DNA from: an uncultured Alphaproteobacteria bacterium
GTDB taxonomy: Bacteria > Pseudomonadota > Alphaproteobacteria > Rhizobiales > Xanthobacteraceae
Direction of reading: 5' to 3'
Assembly (NCBI GenBank): GCA_963807565.1
Contig: CAWECH010000013.1
Coordinates: forward strand, 5,246-69,245
Length of the DNA: 64,000 nucleotides
Every line of letters begins with the position of its first letter. Position 1 is the first letter of the stretch. The translations under genes were made by a program, and so were the position numbers. The notes beneath the pieces are model-generated. The model was not told the origin of the DNA, searched no databases, and saw only the letters and a program-made list of their open reading frames with translations. Positions 29,604 through 39,914 of the stretch are shown one piece after another.

Positions 29604-30269
29604 TCACGCCGATCCGGCTTCGCTGGCGTGGCCTCCAAGCATGGCGTTTGCGTAAATCAGGCCAAGACCATACGCCCCGCCATATGTGCGCGCGAGTCCG
29701 GTCGTTGCGGCGTAGGTCTCACTCCGCGCCCAATCCCGCTGCAGCTCCAATAAATACTGCAACGACGTCATTGGCCGGGCACCAGCCTGAATCATTCGCT
29801 CAATCGCCCGCTCGTGGGCTTCCTCAGAGACATCGCCGCAGGCATCGGTGATCACATAGACCTCAAAATCTTGATCAATGGCGGACAGCGTCGGACCGAC
29901 GATGCAAACCGAAGTCCAGAGGCCGCAGAGCACAAGCCTGCCCTTGCCGATGCGATTGACCTCCCCAACGACCGCAGCATCTTCCCAGGTATTCATGCTG
30001 GTGCGATCGAAATACTTCGCCTTCGGAAAGGCAGTCTTGATCTCATCGAACATCGGCCCCGAGAACGTCTTCTCCGCGACGGTGGTCGGGATGAAGGACA
30101 CACCAAAGATACGCGCCGCATTTGCGACCAGAGCCGCGTTATTGCGCAACGCGACCGGATCGATCGATTTGGTCGCAAATGCCATCTGCGACTGAAAATC
30201 GATCATCATCAACGTATGATCTTGGGGAGAAAGTAGCGTCCTTCCCGGAACTGCGTCTGCTTTCGGCAT
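29604..30269 (-). CDS. Isochorismatase-family cysteine hydrolase
   Basis: ATG 30269 has SD GGAGGAG 8 nt upstream. ...HTLMMIDFQ... (Asp), ...FDRTSMN..., ...LVLCGLWTSVCIVGP... (Cys nucleophile). Confidence 0.88.
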   Translation of the reverse strand: MPKADAVPGRTLLSPQDHTLMMIDFQSQMAFATKSIDPVALRNNAALVANAARIFGVSFIPTTVAEKTFSGPMFDEIKTAFPKAKYFDRTSMNTWEDAAVVGEVNRIGKGRLVLCGLWTSVCIVGPTLSAIDQDFEVYVITDACGDVSEEAHERAIERMIQAGARPMTSLQYLLELQRDWARSETYAATTGLARTYGGAYGLGLIYANAMLGGHASEAGSA

Positions 30270-30578
30270 ATCTGCATCTCCTCCGCTGATTATGATCAAT
30301 CAAATACTGCTGCATCATTCTTTGGGCCGCAATGCTACCGAGGTATGATTGGATCGGCCAAAGATTGCGTAATAGCCAGACAGCCCCGACTTAGGCCGAA
30401 AGGCCAAATCGTGCCGCTAATTTCTTCGATTGTATTTGCCGCCCATCTTACCGAACCATCTCTATGTCTCGATGACATCGCCAACATAATGATCAGTTAG
30501 GCAGTAACGTCTTGCCGGCTTCGCACTGGTAGCAACCATGACTCGCGCTCATCTTTGTGACTTAATCAGAGGTAGTCG

Positions 30579-30992
30579 ATGTGCTCTCCTAAGAAAAGAA
30601 GTTACCTCGGAGTAATCGCACAATGGCCGGAAACATCCTCAGCGCCCAGCGAGTCGAGTGGCTGCCCGCTCGATCCCGTCCTCAATTTTCTCGCGCTGAA
30701 ATGGCTGGTGCATATCGTCTGGCTGCTTGGGCAGGCGCAAACGATGCGCTTCGCTGAACTGCAGCGCCAGCTGCATGGCGTTTCGGCCAAAGTCTTGTCG
30801 GCGCGGCTCAAACAACTTGAAATGCTCGCGCTGCTGGAACGGGAAGACAAGGGCACCAGTCCGCCGCACGTCATTTATCGGCTCACGCCATACGGCCGCT
30901 CGATCAATGAATTTCTGGCCGGCGTCGAGTTGAAGGCCCGTCAGCTTCAGCTGCCCGCCGTCTCGCGAAACGGCGCGGACATGGACGAATGA
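30579..30992 (+). CDS. HxlR-family winged-helix transcriptional regulator
   Basis: ...CPLDPVLNFLALKWLVHIVWLL..QTMRFAELQRQLHGVSAKVLSARLKQLEMLALLERE... The start codon is uncertain (a long N-terminal leader). Confidence 0.82.
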   Translation: MCSPKKRSYLGVIAQWPETSSAPSESSGCPLDPVLNFLALKWLVHIVWLLGQAQTMRFAELQRQLHGVSAKVLSARLKQLEMLALLEREDKGTSPPHVIYRLTPYGRSINEFLAGVELKARQLQLPAVSRNGADMDE

Positions 30993-31022
30993 ACACCAGC
31001 TGGGCCGGCCACTACGCGCGTA

Positions 31023-31398
31023 TCAAAGCTGTTGCAGGCCGCTCACAGCAAGGAGGAGTAGCCCTCCGACAATCGCCAAATGCTCAAGACTTGTTGTCAA
31101 TTCCTGCTTCGCGGGCTGACCGTGAAGCAGCCAGAAGCGGTGTCCAAGAATCGTCGCCGCAGCGGTAAACAAGGCGAGAACGGCCGCGCCAAAAAACAAG
31201 CCAATTCCTGAAAGTACAGACAGGCCGCCCACGATTTGAACCACGATTGTTGCGGCGGCAAATAGACTGCGGCATCGGCATACCGAGACCGGCGACTTCT
31301 TCAACGCCTGCCCGCCAATGTCTGATCTTGTCCTGACCGCTATAGAGAAAGACGGCAGCCATAAGCGCCCGCGCCAGCGGCACGCCATAGAACGACAC
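31023..31398 (-). pseudogene. DoxX-family membrane protein, one frame break (probably assembly indel)
   Basis: The N-part MSFYGVPLARALMAAVFLYSGQDKIRHW... (ORF 31084..31398) continues in another frame as SLFAAATIVVQIVGGLSVLSGIGLFFGAAVLALFTAAATILGHRFW... (C-end of ORF 31023..31937). The break is near 31270. Span 376 nt (remainder 1 mod 3). Confidence 0.75.
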
Positions 31399-31508
31399 CC
31401 AATTCCGGCAAATTCGAAAGCCCGGCCATAGCGCCTCCGCGTGGCCGATCTAACATCGACGGCTGCAACGCTGTCGAGTAAATTCGCGCATCGAAATTGG
31501 AGAGCGCG

Positions 31509-33119
31509 ATGAGTAGTGCCGCCGATGCGGGGCCGAAAAGAAAGCCCACCTCCCTCTCCGCAGCCTTTCACAGTCGCGCGTTCACGGTCATCTGGACCGC
31601 CACTGTCGTCTCCAATATCGGCGGCTGGATGTACAGCGCCGCAGCTGGCTGGCTGATGACCAGCCTCGATCCCGATCCGCTGCAGGTTGCGCTGGTGCAG
31701 GCAGCGAGCACACTGCCGGTGTTTCTGTTTGCGATACCGGCGGGCGCCTTTGCCGACATTTTTGACAAGCGCAAGTTTCTCATCGTGCTTGAAATCCTGA
31801 CCACCGTCGCCTCGGCAATCTTCGCCGCAATGGTGGGCCTTGGGCTGGTCACGCCGACAAGCCTTCTGGTCTTCACGTTTGTTATTGGTGCAACTGGAGC
31901 ACTGACGGTTCCCGCCTGGCAATCGGTGGTGCCGCAACTCGTGCCGAAAAATGATCTGACGTCGGCGGTCGCCGCCAACAGCGTCGGCGTCAACATATCG
32001 CGCGCGTTAGGTCCGGCCCTCGGCGGCGTGGCCATCGCGAGCTTCGGCATCCTCTCTCCATTCTGGATCAATGCCGTTTCGAACCTTGGCGTGATTGGTT
32101 CGCTGGTATGGTGGAAACCCGCGAAGGCCACGCACACGTCTTTACCTGCCGAACGTTTTTCCGGAGCGGTCGGAGCCGGGCTTCGCTATGCGAGAAACAG
32201 CCCGGCGCTGCGGGCGACCCTGATTAAAGCCGCCGGCTTCTTTCTGTTTGCCAGCACCTATTGGGCGCTGCTGCCCCTCGTCGCCCGGACACAAGTGGCG
32301 GGCGGGCCGAGCCTCTACGGCATCCTGCTCGGGGCAATCGGCGCGGGCGCCGTGGGCGGCGCGTTCGTTATGCCGCGCCTGCGCATGAAGCTTGGAGCAA
32401 ACTGGCTCGCAGCAAGCGGAATGGCGGGCACCGCGCTGACGCTGGTACTGTATGGTCTGGCGCGCGATCCGGTCACCGCGCTCGCCGCCAGCGTTCTCGC
32501 CGGTGTTTCGTGGATCGCCGTCCTCGCAACGCTGACCGTCTCGGCGCAATCCTCATTGCCCGATTGGGTTCGGGGCCGCGGCCTTGCGCTTTTCACGACG
32601 GTGTTCTTCGGCTGCATGACGCTCGGCAGCGCCGTCTGGGGCAAGCTCGCAGCGATCCTTGGTCTGCCGGCAGCGCATTTCATTGCTGCGGCCGGAGCCG
32701 CCGCGGCGATCATCGTCACGTGGCCCTGGAAGCTGCAGGCCGCCGGCTCAATCGACCTCACTCCGTCGATGCATTGGCCAACACCGGAGGTCGCGGACGA
32801 GGTCGACCAGGATCGAGGTCCGGTCCTTGTCACAGTCGAATACCGGATAAGGCCGGAGGATCGCGAGGCGTTTCTCGACAGTATCGAACCGCTACGGCGG
32901 GAACGTCTTAGGGACGGAGCGTTTCGCTGGGGAGTTTTCGAAGATGCGGCCGAACCCGGCAGGATGGTGGAGACATTCGTGGTCGGCTCATGGATGGAGC
33001 ATTTGCGTCAGCACGAGCGGGTGACGAATGCCGATCGTTTGATCCAGGAGAACGTGCTGCGATTTCACATGGACGGGACGCCCAAAGTGACCCATTTGAT
33101 CGCCGCTGACTTCGATTGA
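31509..33119 (+). CDS. MFS transporter (EntS/MFS_3-like) fused to a ~100-aa soluble C-terminal domain
   Basis: ATG 31509 with SD GGAGAG. 12 TM-like segments are followed by ...GPVLVTVEYRIRPEDREAFLDSIEPLRRERLRDGAFRWGVFEDAAEPGRMVETFVVGSWMEHLRQHERVT... (ferredoxin-like/ABM-like pattern). Confidence 0.85.
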   Translation: MSSAADAGPKRKPTSLSAAFHSRAFTVIWTATVVSNIGGWMYSAAAGWLMTSLDPDPLQVALVQAASTLPVFLFAIPAGAFADIFDKRKFLIVLEILTTVASAIFAAMVGLGLVTPTSLLVFTFVIGATGALTVPAWQSVVPQLVPKNDLTSAVAANSVGVNISRALGPALGGVAIASFGILSPFWINAVSNLGVIGSLVWWKPAKATHTSLPAERFSGAVGAGLRYARNSPALRATLIKAAGFFLFASTYWALLPLVARTQVAGGPSLYGILLGAIGAGAVGGAFVMPRLRMKLGANWLAASGMAGTALTLVLYGLARDPVTALAASVLAGVSWIAVLATLTVSAQSSLPDWVRGRGLALFTTVFFGCMTLGSAVWGKLAAILGLPAAHFIAAAGAAAAIIVTWPWKLQAAGSIDLTPSMHWPTPEVADEVDQDRGPVLVTVEYRIRPEDREAFLDSIEPLRRERLRDGAFRWGVFEDAAEPGRMVETFVVGSWMEHLRQHERVTNADRLIQENVLRFHMDGTPKVTHLIAADFD

Positions 33120-33136
33120 GGCTCTCCACTTCTTGA

Positions 33137-34129
33137 TCAGAAATGGCTGTACGATGGCCGCGCGAAAGTAAGTTCCTGGCTGCCGCGCAAGAAACGCGCG
33201 CCCTCTCCGGCAATGATGCGGCCGATCTCGGTCACTGCCACATCCGCATGATCGGCTGCGGCCCGAAACGCCGGAAGTTTCTCCGGAGGAAGCGTCAGCA
33301 GGATTTCGTAATCATCGCCGCCGCTCAGGATCGTCTCGATCAGCGCGGGATCTGCGGCAAGCGCCGCCTGCGCCGCCTCCGAAAGCGGCACGCGGCTCAC
33401 ATCGACTTCCGCGGCGACGCCCGATGCGCGGCATAGTTTAGCAAGATCGCCGACAAGCCCATCGGACACATCCATCGCTGCTGAAGCGTAATGCAAGACT
33501 ACTTCCGATAATTCGACACGCGGCTCCGGGAGCAGATAGCGCGCCTTGAGCTCGTCGCTTTGTTCATTCGTAAGCTGCCAGCGTTTTTGCAGAATGTTGT
33601 CTTTCTGCTTGAGCAGGCCGAGCGCCGAGTCGCCGATCGTGCCGGTGACAACGACAACATCGCCGGCATTCGCCGTTGACCGCCGTACCATTTTTCCGTG
33701 AGGCACCGTGCCGAACGCCGCGACCGTAGCCGAAAGCGGCCCTTCGGTATGATCGGTATCGCCGCCGAGCAGCGGGCAATCGAAATAGGTCGCGTCCTCA
33801 CCAAGGCCCTTTGCGAACGACGCAATCCATTTTTCTTCGGTTCGCGGCGGCAGCGCGATCGTGAGAAGAAAGCCAGCGGGCTTCGCACCCTTGGCCGCGA
33901 GATCGGACAAATTCATCCGTAGTACTTTGCGTGCGATCAGGCCGGGCGGATCGTGCGGAAAAAAATGCACGCCGGAGATGACGCCATCGGTCGTGAGCAC
34001 AAGATCGCAGCCAGGCGGCGGCGTCAGGATCGCGGCATCATCGGTGAGACCTAGCGCGCCCGGCGCGGTCGCCAGCGGCTTGAAATAACGCGCGATCAGA
34101 TCGTCTTCGGCTGATCCCTGCTCAGCCAC
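33137..34129 (-). CDS. thiL: Thiamine-monophosphate kinase
   Basis: ...LGLTDDAAIL...DLVLTTDGVISGVHF...ARKVLRMNLSDLAAKGAKP.... PurM-like fold. Sits downstream of nusB, a conserved arrangement. Confidence 0.92.
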   Translation of the reverse strand: MAEQGSAEDDLIARYFKPLATAPGALGLTDDAAILTPPPGCDLVLTTDGVISGVHFFPHDPPGLIARKVLRMNLSDLAAKGAKPAGFLLTIALPPRTEEKWIASFAKGLGEDATYFDCPLLGGDTDHTEGPLSATVAAFGTVPHGKMVRRSTANAGDVVVVTGTIGDSALGLLKQKDNILQKRWQLTNEQSDELKARYLLPEPRVELSEVVLHYASAAMDVSDGLVGDLAKLCRASGVAAEVDVSRVPLSEAAQAALAADPALIETILSGGDDYEILLTLPPEKLPAFRAAADHADVAVTEIGRIIAGEGARFLRGSQELTFARPSYSHF

Positions 34130-34131
34130 TG

Positions 34132-34617
34132 CTACCTCCCGGCAAACTCGGCGGCACGCATCTCATGCGCGAGTTGATCGAGCACCGCGTTGACCATGCC
34201 GGTCTCATCGTCGTCTACGAAGGCGCCGGCGACATCGACATATTCCGACATCACCACGCGCGCCGGCACGTCCGGGCGACAAGCGAGTTCGTAAGCTCCC
34301 GCACGCAGCACCGCACGCAATACCGTTTCAATGCGCTTGAGCGGCCAGCCGCGCGATAACGCAGCGTCGATCTTGGGGTCGAGCACGCTCTGCTCGCGCA
34401 CCACGCCGCCAACGATATCGCGGAAATAGGCCGCTTCCGCCGGGCGGTATTCCTCGCCTTCGACCTCGCCGCCCAGCCAATGGTTTGCAAACTCCGTGAT
34501 GATCTCGTTTAGCCCTGTGCCAGCGAGATCCATCTGGTAAAGCGCCTGCACAGCGGCAAGGCGCGCGGCGCCGCGCTGGTTGACCTTGCCGGAGTCCTTG
34601 GGCGAGGCTTTCGCCAT
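34132..34617 (-). CDS. nusB: Transcription antitermination factor NusB
   Basis: ...RGAARLAAVQALYQMDL... and ...ILRAGAYEL-like core (VLRAGAYELACRPDVPARVVMSEYVDVA). Confidence 0.93.
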   Translation of the reverse strand: MAKASPKDSGKVNQRGAARLAAVQALYQMDLAGTGLNEIITEFANHWLGGEVEGEEYRPAEAAYFRDIVGGVVREQSVLDPKIDAALSRGWPLKRIETVLRAVLRAGAYELACRPDVPARVVMSEYVDVAGAFVDDDETGMVNAVLDQLAHEMRAAEFAGR

Positions 34618-34618
34618 A

Positions 34619-35101
34619 TCAGCGCTTTTCCAACGTTCGCTTGATTTCGATTAGCGCCAGGGCAGCCCGCACCGCGCCCCCGCCCTTGTCCTGCTCTTCG
34701 AGCCGCGCGCGAGCAAAAGCCTGCGCCTCATTCTCGACCGTGATGATGCCATTGCCGATCGGAAAGCGAAGATCCACCGAAAGCTCCATCAGCCCCTGCG
34801 CTGACAGATCGGAAACGATATCGAAATGAATGGTTTCGCCGCGGATCACGCAGCCGAGCCCGACCGCGCCGTCGTAAGGCTTGCGTTTGCGCTGTGCAGC
34901 GTCGACTGCAATGGCAATTGCAGTCGGAATTTCCAGTGCGCCGGGCACGCTGATGACGTCGAACTGCGCACCGGCATCGGCGATCGCTTTTTTTGCGCCC
35001 GCCAGCAACGCATCGGCGATGTCGTCGTAGTAGCGCGCCTCGACGATCAGAATACGCGCACCAGCCTTTCGAGCTGCCTTTGGAGCTGCTTTTAGCGGCA
35101 A
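34619..35101 (-). CDS. ribH: 6,7-dimethyl-8-ribityllumazine synthase
   Basis: ...[20 protein letters not shown]...VPGALEIP...[14 protein letters not shown].... Confidence 0.93.
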   Translation of the reverse strand: MPLKAAPKAARKAGARILIVEARYYDDIADALLAGAKKAIADAGAQFDVISVPGALEIPTAIAIAVDAAQRKRKPYDGAVGLGCVIRGETIHFDIVSDLSAQGLMELSVDLRFPIGNGIITVENEAQAFARARLEEQDKGGGAVRAALALIEIKRTLEKR

Positions 35102-35159
35102 TAGTCTTGCTTCGCCGTGGACCGGCCATTCTTATTCTCCAATTCCCATCTGAGCACGC

Positions 35160-35771
35160 CTAACGCGGTGCAGCTTCCAAGAGTCGGGCGGCATAGCGCG
35201 CCATCTGATCGACTTCAATATTAATGCGGTCGCCGACCTTCAGCGTGCCGATCGTCGTGACTTTCAGCGTATGCGGGATGATCAGCACCGAGAACGTGTC
35301 GCCCTCGACTTCGTTCACGGTCAGCGACACACCATCGAGAGCGACCGAGCCCTTCTGCGCGATAAAGCGCGACAGCGCGGCCGGTGCGCGGAGCTTCAGC
35401 CGCGCCATGTCGGGCAGGTCTTCGCGCTCGATCAATTCGGCAACGCCGTCGACATGACCGCTGACGAGGTGGCCGCCAAGCTCGTCTCCCATTCGCAGCG
35501 AACGCTCAAGATTGAGCCTGGTGCCGCGCTGCCAGCCGCTGGCCGTGGTCATTCTCAAAGTCTCAGCCGCAGCATCGGCGGAATACCACGATCGGTTGCC
35601 GGTGCGGCCGCGGCCGACCGCGGTCAGGCAGATGCCCGAAGAGGCGATCGAGGCCCCGACATCTATAGTGTCGGGGTCGTAGCTACAGGCGATTGTCAGC
35701 CGGCGCAGGCCTTCGGCCTTTTGCTCGACTTCAAGGATTTCACCCAAGTCACTGACAATGCCCGTAAACAT
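35160..35771 (-). CDS. ribE: Riboflavin synthase (alpha chain)
   Basis: Start at the internal ATG (MFTGIVSDLGEILEV...). Shows the duplicated barrel with GASIASSGICLTAV and GSVALDGVSLTVNEV. Confidence 0.92.
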   Translation of the reverse strand: MFTGIVSDLGEILEVEQKAEGLRRLTIACSYDPDTIDVGASIASSGICLTAVGRGRTGNRSWYSADAAAETLRMTTASGWQRGTRLNLERSLRMGDELGGHLVSGHVDGVAELIEREDLPDMARLKLRAPAALSRFIAQKGSVALDGVSLTVNEVEGDTFSVLIIPHTLKVTTIGTLKVGDRINIEVDQMARYAARLLEAAPR

Positions 35772-35775
35772 CCAA

Positions 35776-36885
35776 TTACCCGCGCCGGTAGATTTCCTGC
35801 TGGTCGCCGCCGACCGGCTCGCTTGAGACCTTCTTGAGCCGCGTAAAGAGCGCCGCCTCGGCCTCCGATGCAAGCGCGTCGATTCCCTTGGGCCCGACCA
35901 GCATCGGAGCCTGGAACAGCACCGCCTCGTCGACCAGATCGGCAGCGATAAAGGCCGCAGCCAGCTTTGGGCCGCCCTCCACCATTAGCCGTGTAATTCC
36001 TTTGGCTGACAGAAAGCCGAGCGCGTCCGACAGATTGAGCGGATCGGTGCTGTCCGGAGAACGTAGCACCTCGACAGCGAGCGGCAGCAACGCGAACTCT
36101 GCCTGCTCGGGTGCGGTCATGCCGCAGAGCGCCCAAACCGGAGTTTGGTACGCGCTTTTCACCAGTTCGGATTCGGTCGGCAGCCGCAGCATGCTATCGG
36201 CGATCACCCGTACCGGAGATCGCCCGGCCATTCCCGGCAACCGGCACGTCAGCATCGGATCGTCTGCCAAGACGGTGCCTATGCCGACCATGATTGCATC
36301 GTTTTCCGCACGCAGCAGATGCACGCGTTCGCGCACCTCTTCGCCAGTGATCGCAACGGGCCTGCCGCCGGCAGCGCCGGCCTTGCCATCAGCAGAAATC
36401 GCGAGCTTGAGCAGCACGCGCGGCCGTCCCTTCGTCATGCGCAGGATATGTCCGGCATGATCGTGTCGTGCTTGGTCGGCACCAACGCCGATATCAACGG
36501 CAATCCCCGCAGCGCGCAGCCGCGCATTACCCTGCCCGGCAACTTCGGGATTGGGATCTTCGATCGCGACCACCACCCGCGAGACTCCAGCGGCAATGAC
36601 GGCATCGGCGCAAGGCGGCGATTTGCCGAAATGCGAGCATGGCTCAAGCGTGACGTAGAGCGTCGCGCCGCGCGCCGCATCACCGGCGCGCCGCAGCGCT
36701 TCGACTTCGGCATGAGGCCGTCCGCCGGGCTGGGTCCAGCCGCGTCCGACGATGACTCCGTCTTTGACGATGACCGCGCCGACTGCCGGATTGGGCCAGG
36801 TTTGCCCAAGGCCACGGCGGCCAAGCGACAGCGCCAGCGCCATGAATCGCAGATCGTCGGGCGCAGGCTTTGCCGCCCCGCTCAC
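35776..36885 (-). CDS. ribD: Bifunctional diaminohydroxyphosphoribosylaminopyrimidine deaminase / 5-amino-6-(5-phosphoribosylamino)uracil reductase
   Basis: Deaminase Zn motifs HAEVEAL and [12 protein letters not shown]-terminal reductase domain (...[17 protein letters not shown]...). Confidence 0.93.
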   Translation of the reverse strand: MSGAAKPAPDDLRFMALALSLGRRGLGQTWPNPAVGAVIVKDGVIVGRGWTQPGGRPHAEVEALRRAGDAARGATLYVTLEPCSHFGKSPPCADAVIAAGVSRVVVAIEDPNPEVAGQGNARLRAAGIAVDIGVGADQARHDHAGHILRMTKGRPRVLLKLAISADGKAGAAGGRPVAITGEEVRERVHLLRAENDAIMVGIGTVLADDPMLTCRLPGMAGRSPVRVIADSMLRLPTESELVKSAYQTPVWALCGMTAPEQAEFALLPLAVEVLRSPDSTDPLNLSDALGFLSAKGITRLMVEGGPKLAAAFIAADLVDEAVLFQAPMLVGPKGIDALASEAEAALFTRLKKVSSEPVGGDQQEIYRRG

Positions 36886-37358
36886 TTGCGGGCAAGCTCG
36901 GCGGCTTCTTCGCCCGACAGTTCGGCCAGCGCGGTCTCGAAATCCTTGGCTTCGCGAAAATTGCGGTAGACCGAGGCGAAGCGGACATAGGCGACGTCGT
37001 CGAGATCGCGCAGATGCGCCATCACGGTCTCGCCGATGGTCTCGGACGAGACCTCGCTCTCGCCCATGCTTTCAAGCTCGCGGACGATCTTCGACACCAC
37101 CTGATCGATACGTTCCGGATCGACCGGACGCTTGCGGCAGGCGATCTGGATCGAGCGCAAAAGCTTGTCGCGGTCGAACGGCACCCGGCGCCCTGCCCGC
37201 TTGATCACGGTGAGTTCGCGCAGTTGCACGCGCTCAAACGTCGTGAAGCGGAAATTGCAGGTCAGGCAAACGCGGCGGCGGCGGATAACCGAGGAATCCT
37301 CCGTCGGCCGCGAATCCTTCACCTGGGTATCGAGGCTCGAGCAACTCGGACAGCGCAT
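36882..37358 (-). CDS. nrdR: Transcriptional repressor NrdR
   Basis: [42 protein letters not shown] (zinc ribbon) plus an ATP-cone domain. The stop overlaps the ribD start. Confidence 0.95.
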   Translation of the reverse strand: MRCPSCSSLDTQVKDSRPTEDSSVIRRRRVCLTCNFRFTTFERVQLRELTVIKRAGRRVPFDRDKLLRSIQIACRKRPVDPERIDQVVSKIVRELESMGESEVSSETIGETVMAHLRDLDDVAYVRFASVYRNFREAKDFETALAELSGEEAAELARK

Positions 37359-37365
37359 CCGCTTC

Positions 37366-38676
37366 CTACCCCTCGTAGATCGGGAAACGGCTCACCAGCC
37401 GCCGGACCTTTTCCCGCACGCTGGCTTCCGCCGGCGCATCCTGATCGGTGCCGTTCTTCGACAGCGCATCGAGCACCTCGCAGATCATTTCGCCGACCTG
37501 GCGGAATTCGGCGATGCCGAAACCGCGCGTCGTGCCGGCCGGCGTGCCGAGCCGCACGCCCGACGTGACCAGCGGCTTCTCCGGATCGAACGGAATGCCA
37601 TTCTTGTTGCAAGTGATGTGAGCGCGGCCGAGCGCGACCTCAGCGACCCGGCCGGTCAGCTTCTTCTTGCGCAGATCGACCAGCATCAGGTGCGTATCGG
37701 TGCCGCCGGAGACGATATCGAGACCGCGCGCTTTCAGGGTTTCGGCCAGCGCCTTGGCATTCTCGACGACGCTCTTCGCGTAAGTCTTGAACGACGGCCG
37801 CAGCGCCTCGCCGAACGCCACCGCCTTGGCGGCGACGACGTGCATCAGCGGTCCGCCCTGCATGCCGGGGAACACCGCCGAGTTGAGCTTCTTCGCCAGC
37901 TCCTCGTCATTGGTGAGAATGGTGCCGCCACGCGGACCGCGCAGCGTCTTGTGGGTGGTCGTGGTCACCACATGCGCATGCGGGAACGGGCTCGGATGCG
38001 CGCCGCCGGCAACGAGACCGGCGAAGTGCGCCATGTCGACCATGAGGTAAGCGCCGACTTCGTCGGCAATCTCGCGGAAACGGCGGAAGTCGATGATGCG
38101 CGGATAAGCCGATCCGCCGGCAACGATCACCTTCGGCTTGTGCTCTTTCGCCAGCCGCTCGACTTCGTCGATATCGATGAGGTTATCGTCACGCCGCACG
38201 CCATACGGCACCACCTTGAACCATTTGCCGGACATGTTGACCGGCGAGCCGTGGGTCAGATGCCCACCGGCGGCGAGGTTCAGCCCCATGAAGGTGTCGC
38301 CGGGCTGCATCAGCGCCATGAACACTTCGGCATTGGCGGATGCGCCGGAGTGCGGCTGCACATTGGCAAAGCCGCAGCCGAACAGCCTGGTGACCCGCTC
38401 GATCGCCACCCGCTCCGCGATGTCGACGAACTGGCAGCCGCCGTAATAGCGCTTGCCGGGCAGACCTTCCGCGTACTTGTTGGTGAGCACGGAACCTTGC
38501 GCCTCAAGCACGGCGCGGCTGACGATATTCTCCGATGCGATCAGCTCGATCTCGTCGCGCTGCCGGCCAAGCTCCAGCGCGATCACGTCTGCGATTTCCG
38601 GATCGGTCTCGGCTAGCGAGGACGAGAAAAAGCCCTCGTCTGCCGCTTTGGCATTGGGGGATACCGACATGCGCAC
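37366..38676 (-). CDS. glyA: Serine hydroxymethyltransferase
   Basis: ...[19 protein letters not shown]...NKYAEG..., ...[16 protein letters not shown]... (PLP-Lys motif). An alternative start lies two codons downstream. Confidence 0.96.
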   Translation of the reverse strand: MRMSVSPNAKAADEGFFSSSLAETDPEIADVIALELGRQRDEIELIASENIVSRAVLEAQGSVLTNKYAEGLPGKRYYGGCQFVDIAERVAIERVTRLFGCGFANVQPHSGASANAEVFMALMQPGDTFMGLNLAAGGHLTHGSPVNMSGKWFKVVPYGVRRDDNLIDIDEVERLAKEHKPKVIVAGGSAYPRIIDFRRFREIADEVGAYLMVDMAHFAGLVAGGAHPSPFPHAHVVTTTTHKTLRGPRGGTILTNDEELAKKLNSAVFPGMQGGPLMHVVAAKAVAFGEALRPSFKTYAKSVVENAKALAETLKARGLDIVSGGTDTHLMLVDLRKKKLTGRVAEVALGRAHITCNKNGIPFDPEKPLVTSGVRLGTPAGTTRGFGIAEFRQVGEMICEVLDALSKNGTDQDAPAEASVREKVRRLVSRFPIYEG

Positions 38677-38851
38677 TCCTGACGGGAAAAGGTCCTTTAG
38701 CCGCTAAATACACCCCACACCGGGACGATTCCAGCGTGGCGGCGCAAGCAATGGGATATTTCAGCGGATAACGCCGCTAGATGTGGGTTTTTGGCGGCGT
38801 TTTCGCCACTGCGCTCCGACGCCGAAAACCGTCTGCCGCCGTCCTGCTACC

Positions 38852-39904
38852 TCAAGCCTCGTCGGCGACGGCGGCGTGGATACGAAGCAGTTCCGGAACC
38901 GTCGCCGGATCGCGCCGGCCGAAGCCGCACTCGGTGCCTATGGCGAAATCGGCCACAGCAGGTGGTACGTGGCGTTTCGCGGCGGCAAGCCGGCGCCGGG
39001 TGCCTTCAACGCCGTCGGTGTGATGGACGAGGCCGAGGCAGAGTTCGGTCTCAGGGCGGAGTGCGAGCCCCTGCAACGGAGCAAAATACGCGTCGTCAGC
39101 GCGATTGCGCGGCACCGGCATATGGATCAGCGCAATCGGCCGCTTGATCTGGCGCGACACGCGGTTGGCGAATTCCACCATGTCGGCCGTGTCGGTCGGC
39201 TCGACGACGTGCTTATGACCGGAGTCGCCGTAACAGAGGTGATAAAGCAGATCGATGTCGTGCGGCACGCGGTCACCGAGTTCGACCAGGATATTGGCGA
39301 ACGTGTCCTGCAATTCCTCCTTGGTGCGGCCGTAGCTCGACGCCTCGTTGCGTTCGAGCCGTGCGAACACCGCAGACGCAACGTCGAACTGGATCGCCAG
39401 CTCAGAGTGCGGGATTGCCGCGGCGATCTTGTCGATCTCGCGCTTGAGCGCGTCGTTATAGATCGGATCGATCGCGGCATGCAGCGCATCGACCAGAAAC
39501 AGCCAGATCACCGAGTGAGCCGGCACCAGGTCGACCTGGAATTTCGTGCCAGCGGGAATCTTGCCGGCATCTTTCAGCCGCTTGAACTCGGCATAGGATT
39601 GTTTCGCGATATCGGCGTAGAACAGATTGTCAAAACGGACGTCCTGAAGTTTGACGCCGGGTTTAAGCGTATAACGCTCTCGTCCCGTGCCGGTCGCATG
39701 AATGCGGAAAAACTCACCCGATTTTTGAAACGCCGGATGGCCTGAGAACACCGGTTCAAGCCAACTGATCCAGTCGCCACGTTCGCCGGTCTCGCCGTCC
39801 GGCAGCCGCTTGATCCTGGTGCCGAGTGTTGCACTGACTTTGGCAAAGACTTCCCCCGCGCTTGCCATCGGAACGCTGCCGACGAGATAGACACTCCGCG
39901 ACAT
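38852..39904 (-). CDS. UROD/MetE-like superfamily protein, putative Zn-dependent enzyme (paralog 1), function unknown
   Basis: 350 aa. LYHLCYGDSGHKH resembles the MetE HxC Zn motif, and GTECGFGRR the distal Cys motif. It shares conserved blocks with the next gene: LVGS, PDGExG.R..WISW, FQV, IQxDV, HLCYGD.G.KH.VEP, IHMPVP..R.DDA.F, TECG. Confidence 0.55.
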   Translation of the reverse strand: MSRSVYLVGSVPMASAGEVFAKVSATLGTRIKRLPDGETGERGDWISWLEPVFSGHPAFQKSGEFFRIHATGTGRERYTLKPGVKLQDVRFDNLFYADIAKQSYAEFKRLKDAGKIPAGTKFQVDLVPAHSVIWLFLVDALHAAIDPIYNDALKREIDKIAAAIPHSELAIQFDVASAVFARLERNEASSYGRTKEELQDTFANILVELGDRVPHDIDLLYHLCYGDSGHKHVVEPTDTADMVEFANRVSRQIKRPIALIHMPVPRNRADDAYFAPLQGLALRPETELCLGLVHHTDGVEGTRRRLAAAKRHVPPAVADFAIGTECGFGRRDPATVPELLRIHAAVADEA

Positions 39905-39914
39905 CGCTACACTC

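Noticed and set aside
31023-31937. 304-aa ORF on the - strand
   Set aside because: Only its last ~80 codons are real (the DoxX C-terminus). The rest is antisense to the MFS gene start and is Arg/Cys-rich noise.
37132-38616. Long antisense ORFs (for example 37132..38616 opposite glyA, 1233..2138, 15964..17145, 17184..18251, 43200..44015, 54861..55964)
   Set aside because: These are typical high-GC antisense open frames. They have Arg/Ala/Pro-rich composition and no recognisable domains, and the opposite strand carries strongly supported genes.
38677-38851. Possible ZTP (pfl) or other riboswitch in the glyA leader
   Set aside because: The conserved GACTGGCG… and CCGCCTGGGC elements, as I recall them, are not present. 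I found only unremarkable GC-rich sequence.
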